From NCBI GenBank assembly GCA_965214775.1, contig OZ243974.1, forward strand, positions 2,592,001-2,656,000: 64,000 nt of DNA, read 5' to 3'. The notes under the pieces are model-generated. The model was not told the origin of the DNA, did not search any database, and saw only the letters and a program-made list of their open reading frames with translations. Shown here piece after piece: positions 55,955 through 64,000 of this stretch. Position numbers and translations under genes: made by a program. Numbering within the stretch: the stretch's first letter is position 1; each line of letters begins with the position of its first letter. Source of the DNA: Nitrosopumilus sp. (GTDB lineage Archaea > Thermoproteota > Nitrososphaeria > Nitrososphaerales > Nitrosopumilaceae).

Positions 55955-57091
55955 ATGAAGATTACAGTATCAGTCATCAAGGCCGACGTCGGCGGAGTCG
56001 GCGGCCATACAAAGCCAAGTGACGGGCTGCTGGGCGCAATTAGAGATACCGTCAGAAACTCAGCAGATCTGCTGATTGACCATTACATCGGATACTGTGG
56101 AGATGACACCCACATTGTAATGTCTCACACACACGGTGTGGACAGCCAGAAAATCCACAAACTGGCTTGGGATGCATTTATGGCAGGAACCAAGGTTGCC
56201 AAAGACGAAGGGCTTTACGGTGCAGGACAAGACCTGCTTAGGGACTCGTTTTCCGGAAATGTAAAGGGAATGGGGCCCGGAGTCGCAGAGATGGAGTTTG
56301 AGGAAAGGCCAAACGAGGCGTTCACGGTTTTTGCAGCCGACAAGACAGAGCCAGGCGCGTTTAACTATCCGATTTATAGAATGTTCGTAGATGCGTTAAG
56401 CAACACAGGGTTAATCGTAAACGAGAATCTTGCAAAAGGCGTCAAAATCAACATCATGGACGTAGAAAAGGCGCAGATTGCAGAACTAGAATTGTGGCAG
56501 GACAAGCCTACAATTGAAGCGGCACTGATGTATCCGGGAAGATATGTTGTTGACTCTGTTACGACCAAGGATGGCGAGCCGATTCTTGCGGCGTCCACGG
56601 ACAGGCTGCACAACATTGCAGGAACATACGTGGGAAAAGACGATCCGATCTGCGTCGTAAGAACACAAAAGGGATTCCCGGCAACAGAAGAAGTGGGAAG
56701 CGTGTTTAACAACCCTCACTATGTTGCAGGAAACACAAGAGGAAGCCACAACATGCCGCTGATGCCCGTAAGACTGAACTCTGCGGCAACAATCAACTTT
56801 TGCATTCCGATTGTAGAGGCGCTTGTCTTTAGCATGCACAACGGAAAGTTCACAGGTCCGTTTGACGGATTCTCAACGCCTGACTGGGACCTGATCAGGC
56901 AAAGAGCAACAGAAAAAGCAATGGCAATCAGAAGCCAGGGATTCATCCATCCGGCTACCCTTGTTCCGTCCGAGTTGGAGTATGCAGAGGGCTACAGGGC
57001 AAGAATGGGCGTTCTTGAAAGCAAGATGATGCCAATGGAAAAAAATACCTCTGGCGGAGCCAAAAAAGAAGACTATGAGGATCCAGACTAG
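55955..57091 (+). CDS. fbp: Fructose-1,6-bisphosphate aldolase/phosphatase
   Basis: SVIKADVGG, LYGAGQDLL, DKTEPGAFN, YVGKDDP, RGSH. Confidence 0.96.
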   Translation: MKITVSVIKADVGGVGGHTKPSDGLLGAIRDTVRNSADLLIDHYIGYCGDDTHIVMSHTHGVDSQKIHKLAWDAFMAGTKVAKDEGLYGAGQDLLRDSFSGNVKGMGPGVAEMEFEERPNEAFTVFAADKTEPGAFNYPIYRMFVDALSNTGLIVNENLAKGVKINIMDVEKAQIAELELWQDKPTIEAALMYPGRYVVDSVTTKDGEPILAASTDRLHNIAGTYVGKDDPICVVRTQKGFPATEEVGSVFNNPHYVAGNTRGSHNMPLMPVRLNSAATINFCIPIVEALVFSMHNGKFTGPFDGFSTPDWDLIRQRATEKAMAIRSQGFIHPATLVPSELEYAEGYRARMGVLESKMMPMEKNTSGGAKKEDYEDPD

Positions 57092-57209
57092 TAATTTGTG
57101 TGCTTGCCAATCACAGATAGGCAAAATGTGAGTCAAAAGGATCGTTTATGAACACGTGATACAAACACCCTTTGTCGATTTCAAATCCGTCTAACAAACA
57201 CTACAAAAA

Positions 57210-57722
57210 TCATCTAGTACAAAGGGACAATTCTATCTCAAACATTTGATGATCAAAAACAAAGTCAACTATTCCATACCAATCATCTGCCTCAAAGAAC
57301 GCCCGGATTGTGTCCTCAAGCCTTCTAGTGTTTAGATGAGCAATATGCTTGTAGCGACAAATTGGATCGCTACAAAATATGGGAGTCGAAACGTTCCACA
57401 AATCATCACCCGTCCTGAGAATATCAAACGAGTCAAAGTTTTTCTGGTTGTAAAACACGATCCATGCATGATGAGGGTTCTTGAAGTTCGGATCGGCAAT
57501 TACGAGATTCGCAGTCTCATCCAGCGCCTTTTGCAGATCAATGGACACCATCTTGTTGGGATTATCTGGTACGCGATCCATAATGCGGCCCTTGCAGTAA
57601 ACGATCTCCTGATATTGCGAATCTTTGCTCTGTGTGGATTTCTGCTCCCCCTTGTTGTCCTTTATACCCATCAACAACTCCCGGTCCTGCTTGGGATTAA
57701 TTTCCGTAGTAATCAAGTTCAT
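57210..57722 (-). CDS. Hypothetical protein
   Basis: 170-aa ORF, no recognised motif. Confidence 0.6.
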   Translation of the reverse strand: MNLITTEINPKQDRELLMGIKDNKGEQKSTQSKDSQYQEIVYCKGRIMDRVPDNPNKMVSIDLQKALDETANLVIADPNFKNPHHAWIVFYNQKNFDSFDILRTGDDLWNVSTPIFCSDPICRYKHIAHLNTRRLEDTIRAFFEADDWYGIVDFVFDHQMFEIELSLCTR

Positions 57723-57897
57723 TTTATGTGGTTACATTCCAATTTATTTAATGATTGCTAGGAGAGGGAACTGGAAAGTTTACGGTGGGTGGTTCTCTCT
57801 GGAAAGTGTCAGTAGATCGGAACTAGATGGTAACGGGAACTGATTTCTTCTGAAAAGTTTCGGGTGCTGGAAATTTCCGATTTTGAAGACTTAAAAC

Positions 57898-57975
57898 GTA
57901 ACAGGTCGGGCTCTCGAAGCTGTTCCTGATTTTAGGCACAAATCTGTCTGATCGGGCTCTGGAAGCTGGATTTTG
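57898..57975. mobile_element. Partial, duplicated MITE A left ends
   Basis: GTAACAGGTCGGGCTCTCGAAGCTG followed by a second GATCGGGCTCTGGAAGCTG. Confidence 0.75.
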
Positions 57976-58147
57976 ATACAATCTGCCATGTATTTCGGGA
58001 ATCAGGACTGCAGCTGCGCGCCGGATCGGAACGAATCCTCGTTCATACACCGCTTGCTGCCATCATCATTTGCAGAATTGTCCACATGTAATTAAAGTGA
58101 CAGGACATATGGAGGATCTTTTATGAGCAGGTAGTGCGCCTCTTGAC

Positions 58148-58423
58148 ATGCGCGCGGTGGTTAAAGTCAACATGACGTATTTCTGCCTGCAACACTCTGG
58201 TATTTTGGAGGATGGCCCGTTCAGCTGTGATCCGGATCCCGGGTGTGATCCCGCCGAGTTTGACAGGCAGTTGGAGCGTGCCATGAGTTATGATTTGCAC
58301 AAGTGTGAGCGTGAGGGTTGTGAAAAATACACGTGGTGTAAGGTGACTGACACGGGTTGTGTCAAATGGTTCTGTAGGAGTCATCACACAGAACGCGCAA
58401 TGGAGGCATCCATACCCACATGA
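58148..58423 (+). CDS. Small Cys/His-rich hypothetical protein
   Basis: CLQH, CEREGC, CRSH; overlaps the next ATG. Confidence 0.5.
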   Translation: MRAVVKVNMTYFCLQHSGILEDGPFSCDPDPGCDPAEFDRQLERAMSYDLHKCEREGCEKYTWCKVTDTGCVKWFCRSHHTERAMEASIPT

Positions 58424-58614
58424 ACTGCCAGAACCGGTGCAAAAAGTACAAGATACCCACAACGCGCCTCCATCCCGACAAAAAGTGGTGTGACGGGCGT
58501 GATGTATTCTTGTTGTGGGACGGGGCATTCTGTCCTTGTTGCAACTCCCGGCCCCGCATGAAGAGAGGCCCGCGCAAGTGCCGCTCACGCCAGATTGAAA
58601 TGTTGGGCATATAG
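58420..58614 (+). CDS. Small Zn-ribbon hypothetical protein
   Basis: CQNRC...WCDGRDVF...FCPCCN; stop supplied by MITE C. Confidence 0.55.
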   Translation: MNCQNRCKKYKIPTTRLHPDKKWCDGRDVFLLWDGAFCPCCNSRPRMKRGPRKCRSRQIEMLGI

Positions 58615-58690
58615 CAACGAGCAGAAATAATTGAGGTTTTTTACGTGTAGTTATGACCTGCTTTGACTCAAAGACTTCTGCCCGTTGCTA
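58612..58690. mobile_element. MITE family C
   Basis: 79 bp, TA flanks. Confidence 0.9.
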
Positions 58691-58810
58691 TAAGACGGTG
58701 ATTCCAGTACATGGTAATGAAATGCTAGGCAAAGGTTTGATTAACGAAATTCTCAAACAAATCAGATTATCTAGAGAAGAATATGAAAAACTCAGACGAA
58801 AAATGCAAGT
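58691..58810 (+). pseudogene. HicA-family toxin C-terminal fragment
   Basis: TVIPVHGNEMLGKGLINEILKQIRLSREEY. Confidence 0.7.
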
Positions 58811-59101
58811 CGTTAAAAAATCTACACTGGTAAATCTTCGGGGTTTTTCAGCAGGGTGTTAAGTTGAGGGTTTCTGGCGTTAACTTAGGAAGATGGACGT
58901 GACTGTGCCATAGCTTAGTTTTCAAACAGGCGATTCTATCCAGATCCGTCAAGCGTGTCTTGGAGTCCGGGTTTCCTTCTGTTCCTCTTTGCGGTTTTTG
59001 GCTTTTTAGGTTGCCTGGTTTTCCTCGCTTGTGATTCTTTTGCCGTCTTGGCAATTCTGGCATCAGACTTTCCGAGGTATGACTTTGGCTGTTTTCCCCA
59101 T

Positions 59102-61403
59102 AGGTGATCCGAAATTAGAAATCAGGCGCCCCGTCTGTAGCCGTTCTGCTGCCGCCACTTATTAGGCCGCAGCAACAGCAGCGATTCTGGCCGGCGCCCT
59201 GTCGTTGACCAGTCCGCACACGATACTGTTTGCAAGGTCATACTTTTTGAGTGGGTTTCGGTACCGGTCGCCCATGATCCTGTATGTCTTGACCCTGCGT
59301 ATGGTGTTCTCCACGTACACGCGTATCTTTGAGTGCGTGATATTGTACTCTTTTTCCGCATCGGTGAGCTTGCCGCCCGGTTTTTTCCTGATTGGGAGTA
59401 TGATGTCCGTGCCTGCATCCACTGACTGTGCTCCCTGGTATCCGCGGTCCATGTAGTGACGTAGTATCTACGTCAGCCATTTGTTCATCTTTACCACCTT
59501 TATCTCGCCCCTGCGCGTCATACTGCGCAGTGATCTCTGCATCTCCTTGACGGTCTTGTAAAGGCAGTTTGAAGTCGCCTTTTTGAACCCGCGCCACTGC
59601 CCCTCCGAGTTGTTAAGCTCCGGCGCGTACGGCGGCAGGTACTTTAGCACCACGTCCCCGTTCCACTTGGCCATCTTTCTATTGAGTTCTGCTGACTTGT
59701 GGTACGATGCGTTGTCGACAAACAACAACACCTTGCCGTACTTGCGGCGCAGTGTCCTGAGAAACTTGTAGAACGTTCCCGTGTTGGCCTTTTCGTAAAA
59801 GCGATAGTCAAACCTGTTTCTTGAGAGGGCCCCTATAACATAGAACCGCTTCCTGGACAGGCTGACGGGCGTATAGACCGGCTCTCCTACGGGGTACCAG
59901 CTGTTCTTGACGTTCCATCCCAGTATGAACATGGACTCGTCGCCTATCATTACCGTGTACCCCTTTTTTGAATAGTACTTTGCGCTCTGCCTAGCTTTTT
60001 TTTTGAACTCCTTTTTCTCGGATTCTGAGGCTGATTTTGGGTGTTTTGGCCTGGGCTTTCTGCATGAGAAGCCGATTCTGTGCAGCAGGTCGTACATGCT
60101 CGTTTCTGCATACGTGATGCCGAACTTCTTTTTGACGTGGGCAATGACCAGCGGCCCTGTCCATGTTGTGGCCTTAAAGCCGCAGTTGTCCGGGCCCTTG
60201 ATCAGGTCTGCGCGCAGCCGTTCAAGCTGTTTCTTGTCGAGCCTGCACGGGGCGCCATGCTTTATGTCAAACCTGCCCTCCAGGCCATGCTTGTGCGCAC
60301 GCACCAGCCAGTATCGTACGGTTCCATACGGCCTGCTCAGCTTCTCGGCAATATCATATATGCTCGCGCCGCACTTTCTCATGTGGTATGCAAGGAGCCG
60401 GATTGCCGCCTTGGCGTCCTTCTCGGACTTGTGCATCCTAAAAAGCTCGTCCTTGCTTGCTATCCCGTACAGGAACGCTGTTCCCGTCGGTAATTCCTTC
60501 TTTCCTTTCATGTGTATATATGGGACTAATAGCTCTTAGATCCTTTGGTTGAAAAAAATTGTCCTTTTTGTGATCAATTGGTAGCCGAGGATACTACGCA
60601 GCTTTGTGCACTTTTGTTGTTGTTGTGGCGCATCACCATCCCCGCTGCCGCCGGGACATTTTCTCTTTCTCTTTCTCCTTTCTTTGGCCGTACCGGAACG
60701 TGGGATGCCTCATCTGGTACATCGTGATGTCGTTTACGCGTCCCGGAGAGTGGGGCGTGTCTTGTGTACCAAGTCCGTGGATGTTGGTGATATACTGAAC
60801 CTTGACTGTGTGCGTGCCTGCCTTGCCTGAATAGTGCGATTTCTCCATGTCCTTTCTCTTGGACCTGCATATCTTTTGTTCTGAGGCATCTGTCAGGCAG
60901 ACAAGTTCCGGTAATACGTCCATTAGTTCCTCTACTGAGGATATTCTCTTGGTGCCCGAATAGATCTTTTCGGGGATCGACAGGCACCCTTTGAGAACCG
61001 GCGCAATCCCGTCTATCGAGCGCGAGACTGATGCCTGTCCTATTCCGAACATGGCAGATGCCACGTCCTGCGTGACGTACGTCCTGTAGTAGAACAGGGA
61101 CAGCAGAAGGCTTTCCTTTAGGTTCAGAGCAATCGGGCGTCCTGCACCGATGATGTCACGCTTGCGGTCTTTTTTGGCAGAAAGCAGAAAGCCTCTTTCT
61201 GTCCATCTTTTGGTGTTTTTTTGCCACTTGCATACAACAAATCAAATTCGGGAGCAGTCATGCCGGCAAACGTCTTCTTGAATGTCCGGGGTTTTTGATA
61301 ATTATCAAATAACTTTATGAATTGCACATTTTGCCTGCATTTGGATCGGGTTGGTATACATTGTGTCCATTTGATCAAAATTTGCTAATTTTGAATCAAC
61401 TCT
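59102..61403 (-). mobile_element. IS5 (ISL2-like, family B) element, degraded and interrupted by IS630
   Basis: TDASEQ, YSGKAGTHTVK, DRGYQG, RVYVENTIRRVK; family B end at 61380-61403. Confidence 0.78.
59468..60511 (-). CDS. IS630-family transposase
   Basis: GDESMF, VDNASYH, LPPYAPELNNSE; short IR CGTAGTATC/GATACTACG. Confidence 0.92.
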   Translation of the reverse strand: MKGKKELPTGTAFLYGIASKDELFRMHKSEKDAKAAIRLLAYHMRKCGASIYDIAEKLSRPYGTVRYWLVRAHKHGLEGRFDIKHGAPCRLDKKQLERLRADLIKGPDNCGFKATTWTGPLVIAHVKKKFGITYAETSMYDLLHRIGFSCRKPRPKHPKSASESEKKEFKKKARQSAKYYSKKGYTVMIGDESMFILGWNVKNSWYPVGEPVYTPVSLSRKRFYVIGALSRNRFDYRFYEKANTGTFYKFLRTLRRKYGKVLLFVDNASYHKSAELNRKMAKWNGDVVLKYLPPYAPELNNSEGQWRGFKKATSNCLYKTVKEMQRSLRSMTRRGEIKVVKMNKWLT

Positions 61404-61593
61404 GGAAAGAGCGTCAGAAAGAGTCATCCTACAACCGGCTCTAGGACTTTCCCCCTCCCCAATGAATGCGTCCGTCCCGGCCTCCTTGGCTCCCAGTTTT
61501 CCGTTTTTGCCATATTTTTGAGCATATTTTGCCCTTTGACCGAACCATTGGAAATAGTTAAAAGAAAACAGGCTCTAGTAAAACCGGTCTGCA

Positions 61594-62001
61594 ATGAGTC
61601 TTCAAAAGGTATTTGACTGGAAAACATACATCTTTACGGCACTGGCAGTCATTTCATTCTCAAACTTTGTCGCAGTACTGTTTGGCCAGACCATCCCAAA
61701 TATTATCTTGGACTTTTTCAAGATTGCAGGCGAATACGTGATCCTAGGCGCAGTTTTCATATTTGCCCTGGCCTGGCTGCTAAAGGCAAAGCCCCACAAC
61801 CGTCCAAAGAAATACTCGGTGGTAGTTTTTGACGTATATGGCAAAAAAAGCCGGATCGACGGAATCAGAACAGAGTTCAAGACGCATGATGTGGCATGGA
61901 GTTTTATGAAACAATACAAAAGGCAGTATCCGTTGTATAATTTTGCACTGGTCTCTGATCTTCCAAAATCAGACAGGCCCACAATCTTCAGATACATCTA
62001 G
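61594..62001 (+). CDS. Hypothetical membrane protein
   Basis: Two hydrophobic helices then a soluble domain; directly upstream of lig. Confidence 0.78.
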   Translation: MSLQKVFDWKTYIFTALAVISFSNFVAVLFGQTIPNIILDFFKIAGEYVILGAVFIFALAWLLKAKPHNRPKKYSVVVFDVYGKKSRIDGIRTEFKTHDVAWSFMKQYKRQYPLYNFALVSDLPKSDRPTIFRYI

Positions 62002-62038
62002 ATTCAGATTTTTATTCATGGTCAAACAAGGAAATAGA

Positions 62039-63805
62039 ATGGACTTTGCCATTTTAGCTGATGCGTTTAACAAGATGGAATCAACCAAAAAGAGATTAGA
62101 ATTAACACAGTGCTTGGTGGAGTTGTTTGAAAAAACGCCACAGAAAGTCATTGCGCAAATTGTGTACCTGCTCCAAGGAAAGCTGAGGCCGGACTTTGAG
62201 GGTGTGGAGCTGGGTGTTGCAGAAAAACTCGCAATAAGGGCCATCGCAAAATCATCAGGCGCCCCCGTCAAAAAAATCGAAGAGCAGTACAGGAAGGGAG
62301 GGGATCTGGGCCATGCGGCCTCGGCAATCCTAGAACAAAAGACCCAAACGACTTTTCTTGCCGAAGACATTACAGTTGAGCGGGTTTACGAAACACTTTT
62401 CAAAATAGCAAGGCTGGAGGGGACAAGATCACAAGACATGAAGATGAAATACATCTCTAGCCTGCTCAATGACGCAAATCCTCTTGAGGCAAGATTCATT
62501 TTGAAAATATTACTTGGGACACTGAGGCTGGGGGTTGCAGAAAACACTGTCATGGATGCGTTGGCAATTGCGTTTTCAGGCAACAAAGACAACAGGAAAG
62601 TTTTGGAGCATGCATATAACGTTTCAAGTGATTTGGGAAAGGTTGCAGAGGCAGTTTCTGAGAAAGGGCTGGAAGGAGTGGAAAGGTTTGAAGTCATTTT
62701 GTTTAATCCAGTCAGGCCAATGCTTGCAGACAGGGTAAAAAGCAAGGAAGAATCCGTAGAAAGGCTGGGAAGCAACTTTGCAGCCGAATACAAGCTTGAC
62801 GGGGAAAGAGTCCAGCTGCACGTTGAAGGCGACAAGGTGGTCTTGTACTCTAGAAGCCTAGAGAACATCTCCAGTTATTATCCAGACATTATAGAAAAAA
62901 TCCCAAAATCCATAATAGCTGATAATGCGATTTTAGAGGCAGAGGCAGTTGCAGTAAACGAGAACACGGGGGAATTTTTGCCGTTTCAAGAACTAATGCA
63001 CAGAAGAAGAAAATATAAAATTGAAAAAGCCGTTACACAGTATCCGATCACGGTGAATTTTTTTGATGTTTTGTTTTGCAATGACAAAAGTTGTTTGGAT
63101 CTAAGCTACGAAAAGAGAAGAGAAAAGCTTGAAAAGATAGTCAAGGAAAACGAATATGTCAAGCACATTCCGATGACAGTTGCAAAAAATGAAAACGATG
63201 TGGAAGAATTCCTCGAGAACAGCATCAATGCAGGAAGCGAGGGATTGATGCTCAAAATGCTAGACAAGCCATACCAGGCAGGGTCCAGGGGAAGTTATTG
63301 GTTAAAACTCAAACGGGAATATCAAAACGAACTTGGAGACAGCCTGGATCTTGTTGTAATCGGTGGGTTCTTTGGAAAGGGAAGAAGGGTAGGAAGCTAT
63401 GGAACGCTGCTTCTTGCAACATATGATGAAGACACCGACATGTTTACAAGCATATGCAAGGTAGGTACGGGATTTTCAGACGAAGACCTGGATCAGCTCT
63501 ATCAGATTCTGCAGCCCAAAGTCACAATCAAGAAAAATCCAAGAATAGAAAGCGAGATGGAAGCTGATGTCTGGTTTGAGCCAGAACTAGTAGTCGAAGT
63601 CGTCGCATCAGAAATTACCCTCAGTCCGATTCACAAGGCTGCAATGGACAGAGTAAGAAAAAATGCAGGGCTGGCATTAAGATTCCCCAAATTTACAGGA
63701 AAAATAAGAACGGAGAAGACGGCCGAAGACGCATCGACAAATGAGGAAGTCATATCACTTTACAAAGGTCAGAAAAAAGTGGCCCGCGACAAAAGCCTGG
63801 TTTAA
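62039..63805 (+). CDS. lig: ATP-dependent DNA ligase
   Basis: EYKLDGER, EGLMLK, WLKLK, KVGTGF, LRFPKF; alternative start 62018. Confidence 0.97.
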   Translation: MDFAILADAFNKMESTKKRLELTQCLVELFEKTPQKVIAQIVYLLQGKLRPDFEGVELGVAEKLAIRAIAKSSGAPVKKIEEQYRKGGDLGHAASAILEQKTQTTFLAEDITVERVYETLFKIARLEGTRSQDMKMKYISSLLNDANPLEARFILKILLGTLRLGVAENTVMDALAIAFSGNKDNRKVLEHAYNVSSDLGKVAEAVSEKGLEGVERFEVILFNPVRPMLADRVKSKEESVERLGSNFAAEYKLDGERVQLHVEGDKVVLYSRSLENISSYYPDIIEKIPKSIIADNAILEAEAVAVNENTGEFLPFQELMHRRRKYKIEKAVTQYPITVNFFDVLFCNDKSCLDLSYEKRREKLEKIVKENEYVKHIPMTVAKNENDVEEFLENSINAGSEGLMLKMLDKPYQAGSRGSYWLKLKREYQNELGDSLDLVVIGGFFGKGRRVGSYGTLLLATYDEDTDMFTSICKVGTGFSDEDLDQLYQILQPKVTIKKNPRIESEMEADVWFEPELVVEVVASEITLSPIHKAAMDRVRKNAGLALRFPKFTGKIRTEKTAEDASTNEEVISLYKGQKKVARDKSLV

Positions 63806-63871
63806 TCGAGCTCAATTTTTCGCGAAAAACATAGAGGATTTAAATTACCATGGCAATCCTTGGTTTCTGTT

Positions 63872-64000
63872 ATGTATAGCGGAGAGCTTGAGGTTCAGGC
63901 AAAAAGAAAGGCCATTGCAGTTTTGCAAGATGAGATTAATAGAATTCTGAACGCCGCAAGGGAGCTTGCAACGCTTCCTGACCTAATGATGAAAAAAAAC
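63872..64000 (+). CDS. DUF47/PhoU-like protein, N-terminus (runs off edge)
   Basis: MYSGELEVQAKRKAIAVLQDEINRILNAAREL. Confidence 0.6.
   Translation, partial: MYSGELEVQAKRKAIAVLQDEINRILNAARELATLPDLMMKKN

Noticed and set aside
58855-59100. IS1595-like end and C-terminal fragment
   Set aside because: Single putative end GGTGTTAAGTTGAG, with no partner or catalytic motif

Overview
This window comes from an ammonia-oxidising archaeon (Nitrososphaerota/Thaumarchaeota, Nitrosopumilaceae-like). The call rests on the 16S-23S operon with no spacer tRNA or 5S, a DnaJ-ferredoxin fusion, rpS25e/rpS26e, Alba and archaeal FBP aldolase/phosphatase. The core genes are rpoK, dys, thrS, speB, hemL-like, 3-hydroxyacyl-CoA dehydrogenase, rpoP, rps10, EF-1alpha, fbp and lig. 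This backbone is heavily invaded by insertion sequences of ISH3, IS630, IS481, IS66, IS110/IS1111, IS5 (ISL2-like and IS903-like) and IS6-like type, and by at least four MITE families. Two MITE families can be matched to parent elements inside the window. Removing the insertions by hand restores several broken genes. The most notable observations are: (1) an archaeal IS110 element with a two-loop bridge-RNA-like leader whose loops match its own ends; (2) two insertions whose target-site duplications enclose extra DNA beyond the terminal repeat; and (3) a set of secreted protease genes with partner genes next to IS6-type ends. A host-associated lifestyle (for example a sponge symbiont) is an inference only. 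All family calls are from motif recognition; no database search was run.
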